Shown one piece after another: positions 62,958-64,000 of a stretch of DNA of 64,000 nt (positions are counted from its first letter, which is position 1; each line of letters begins with the position of its first letter). The translations under genes were made by a program, and so were the position numbers. The DNA is from Eledone cirrhosa (taxonomy: Eukaryota). The notes under the pieces were generated by a model that saw only the letters and a list, made by a program, of their open reading frames with translations, ran no database searches and was not told where the DNA came from. Location of the stretch: positions 76,198,001 to 76,262,000 of the forward strand of contig OZ024745.1 of the NCBI GenBank assembly GCA_964016885.1, read 5' to 3'.

Positions 62958-63175
62958 CCCTTTAGCATTTACATTACTCTACTATTATATTTTCATGGTA
63001 AAGGTTTTATCTCACGTATCTTACATAACATGGAATCTGCAAAATGTTGATGCTGTTATTATTTATTTTGAGAACAATACATTAGTATCAGTATAAGTGA
63101 CCTGTTATAGCCATTTTAAACAGAAAAAAAGTGAGAGAATTCTGTCCAGGTATGACCAGTTTAAATGCTAAAGGG
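62958..63175 (+). mobile_element. piggyBac-type MITE copy 1
   Basis: TTAA|CCCTTTAGCATTTA...TAAATGCTAAAGGG|TTAA. Confidence 0.88.
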
Positions 63176-63226
63176 TTAAGGAACCAGACAGGCTATGGAA
63201 GGAAAATTCATAAGTTCAAATTTTAA

Positions 63227-63447
63227 CCCTTTAGTATTTAAACCGGCCATATCTGGCCAGAACTTTCTCACCTCTTTCTGTTCAAATCGGCTGTAACTTG
63301 CCGCTCATACTGATGTTAAGGTATTCTTCTCAAAATAAATAACATCAAAATCTCATAGATTCAATATCATGTGAGATAATTACGTAAAATAAATCTTTTA
63401 CCACAAAAATATTATAGTATATATAGAGTAATGTAAATGCTAAAAGG
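63227..63447 (-). mobile_element. piggyBac-type MITE copy 2 (inverted)
   Basis: TTAA flanks and the same TIRs; the interior is the reverse complement of copy 1. Confidence 0.85.
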
Positions 63448-63663
63448 TTAATGAGGGTGTTGTTGAATGTTAAAAAAGTTATAGTACCAAACTACTAGTC
63501 TGTTTGAAAATTAAAGTGTATTTTCAGAGTATTCTTCAATAACCTAAGATAGAAGTAAATTGTTAAAGATTTAGAATCTGATATTATCAGTCAGTGAAAT
63601 CAGATATTTTTTGTTATTTTTTTCTAAAATTTTCTATTGGCTATTGAAAATACACTGCTAAAA

Positions 63664-63882
63664 CCCTTTAGCATTTACATTACTCTATATTTACTATTGT
63701 ATTTTCATGGTAAAGGCTTTATCTCACATAATTATCTCATAATATTGAATCTACGAGATTTTGATATTATTTATTTTGAGAACAATACCTTAACATCAAT
63801 GTGAGTGGCCGGTTACAGCCGGTTTGAACAGAAAGTGGTGAGAGAATTCTGGCTGGATAAAGCCAGTTTAAATGCTAAAGGG
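63664..63882 (+). mobile_element. piggyBac-type MITE copy 3
   Basis: CCCTTTAGCATTTA...TAAATGCTAAAGGG|TTAA. Confidence 0.85.
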
Positions 63883-64000
63883 TTAACAAAATACACTGTT
63901 TTGCTATGCTTCAGTCATCTTTCAGCTAAATAATTAGCACTTTAAATCCTCAGTTGAATGGATTGTGTATAACAGGTATAACAGAAAAGAAAGAGTGAAA

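Overview
AT-rich animal genomic DNA, not prokaryotic. The repeat landscape (long (TA)n tracts, tRNA-derived SINEs, RTE LINEs with (GAT)n tails) suggests a coleoid cephalopod, most likely an octopus; this is an inference. The window lies within one + strand gene, a KCNQ1/Kv7.1-type voltage-gated potassium channel. Nine coding exons (13591-62824; S4 to the start of helix D) can be spliced in frame by eye. The N-terminal exons and last exon were not found, so they probably lie outside the window. The introns hold RTE LINEs with a PHD-finger-like insert inside the RT, a CR1 fragment, a Penelope-like RT, SINEs, Helitron-type elements, MITEs and microsatellites. The main unexpected signal is a dense set of minimal type-I hammerhead ribozyme (HHR) motifs (CUGANGA-stem II-GAAA-palindromic loop 3-UH, closed by stem I). 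They come from at least six unrelated repeat families. One family forms a ~422-bp tandem array resembling a non-LTR retrozyme, one sits in the pseudo-LTR of the Penelope element, and several lie in long inverted repeats inserted in (TA)n. Most ORFs in the supplied track are microsatellite or antisense artefacts. All structures were paired by eye; no ribozyme activity is demonstrated.
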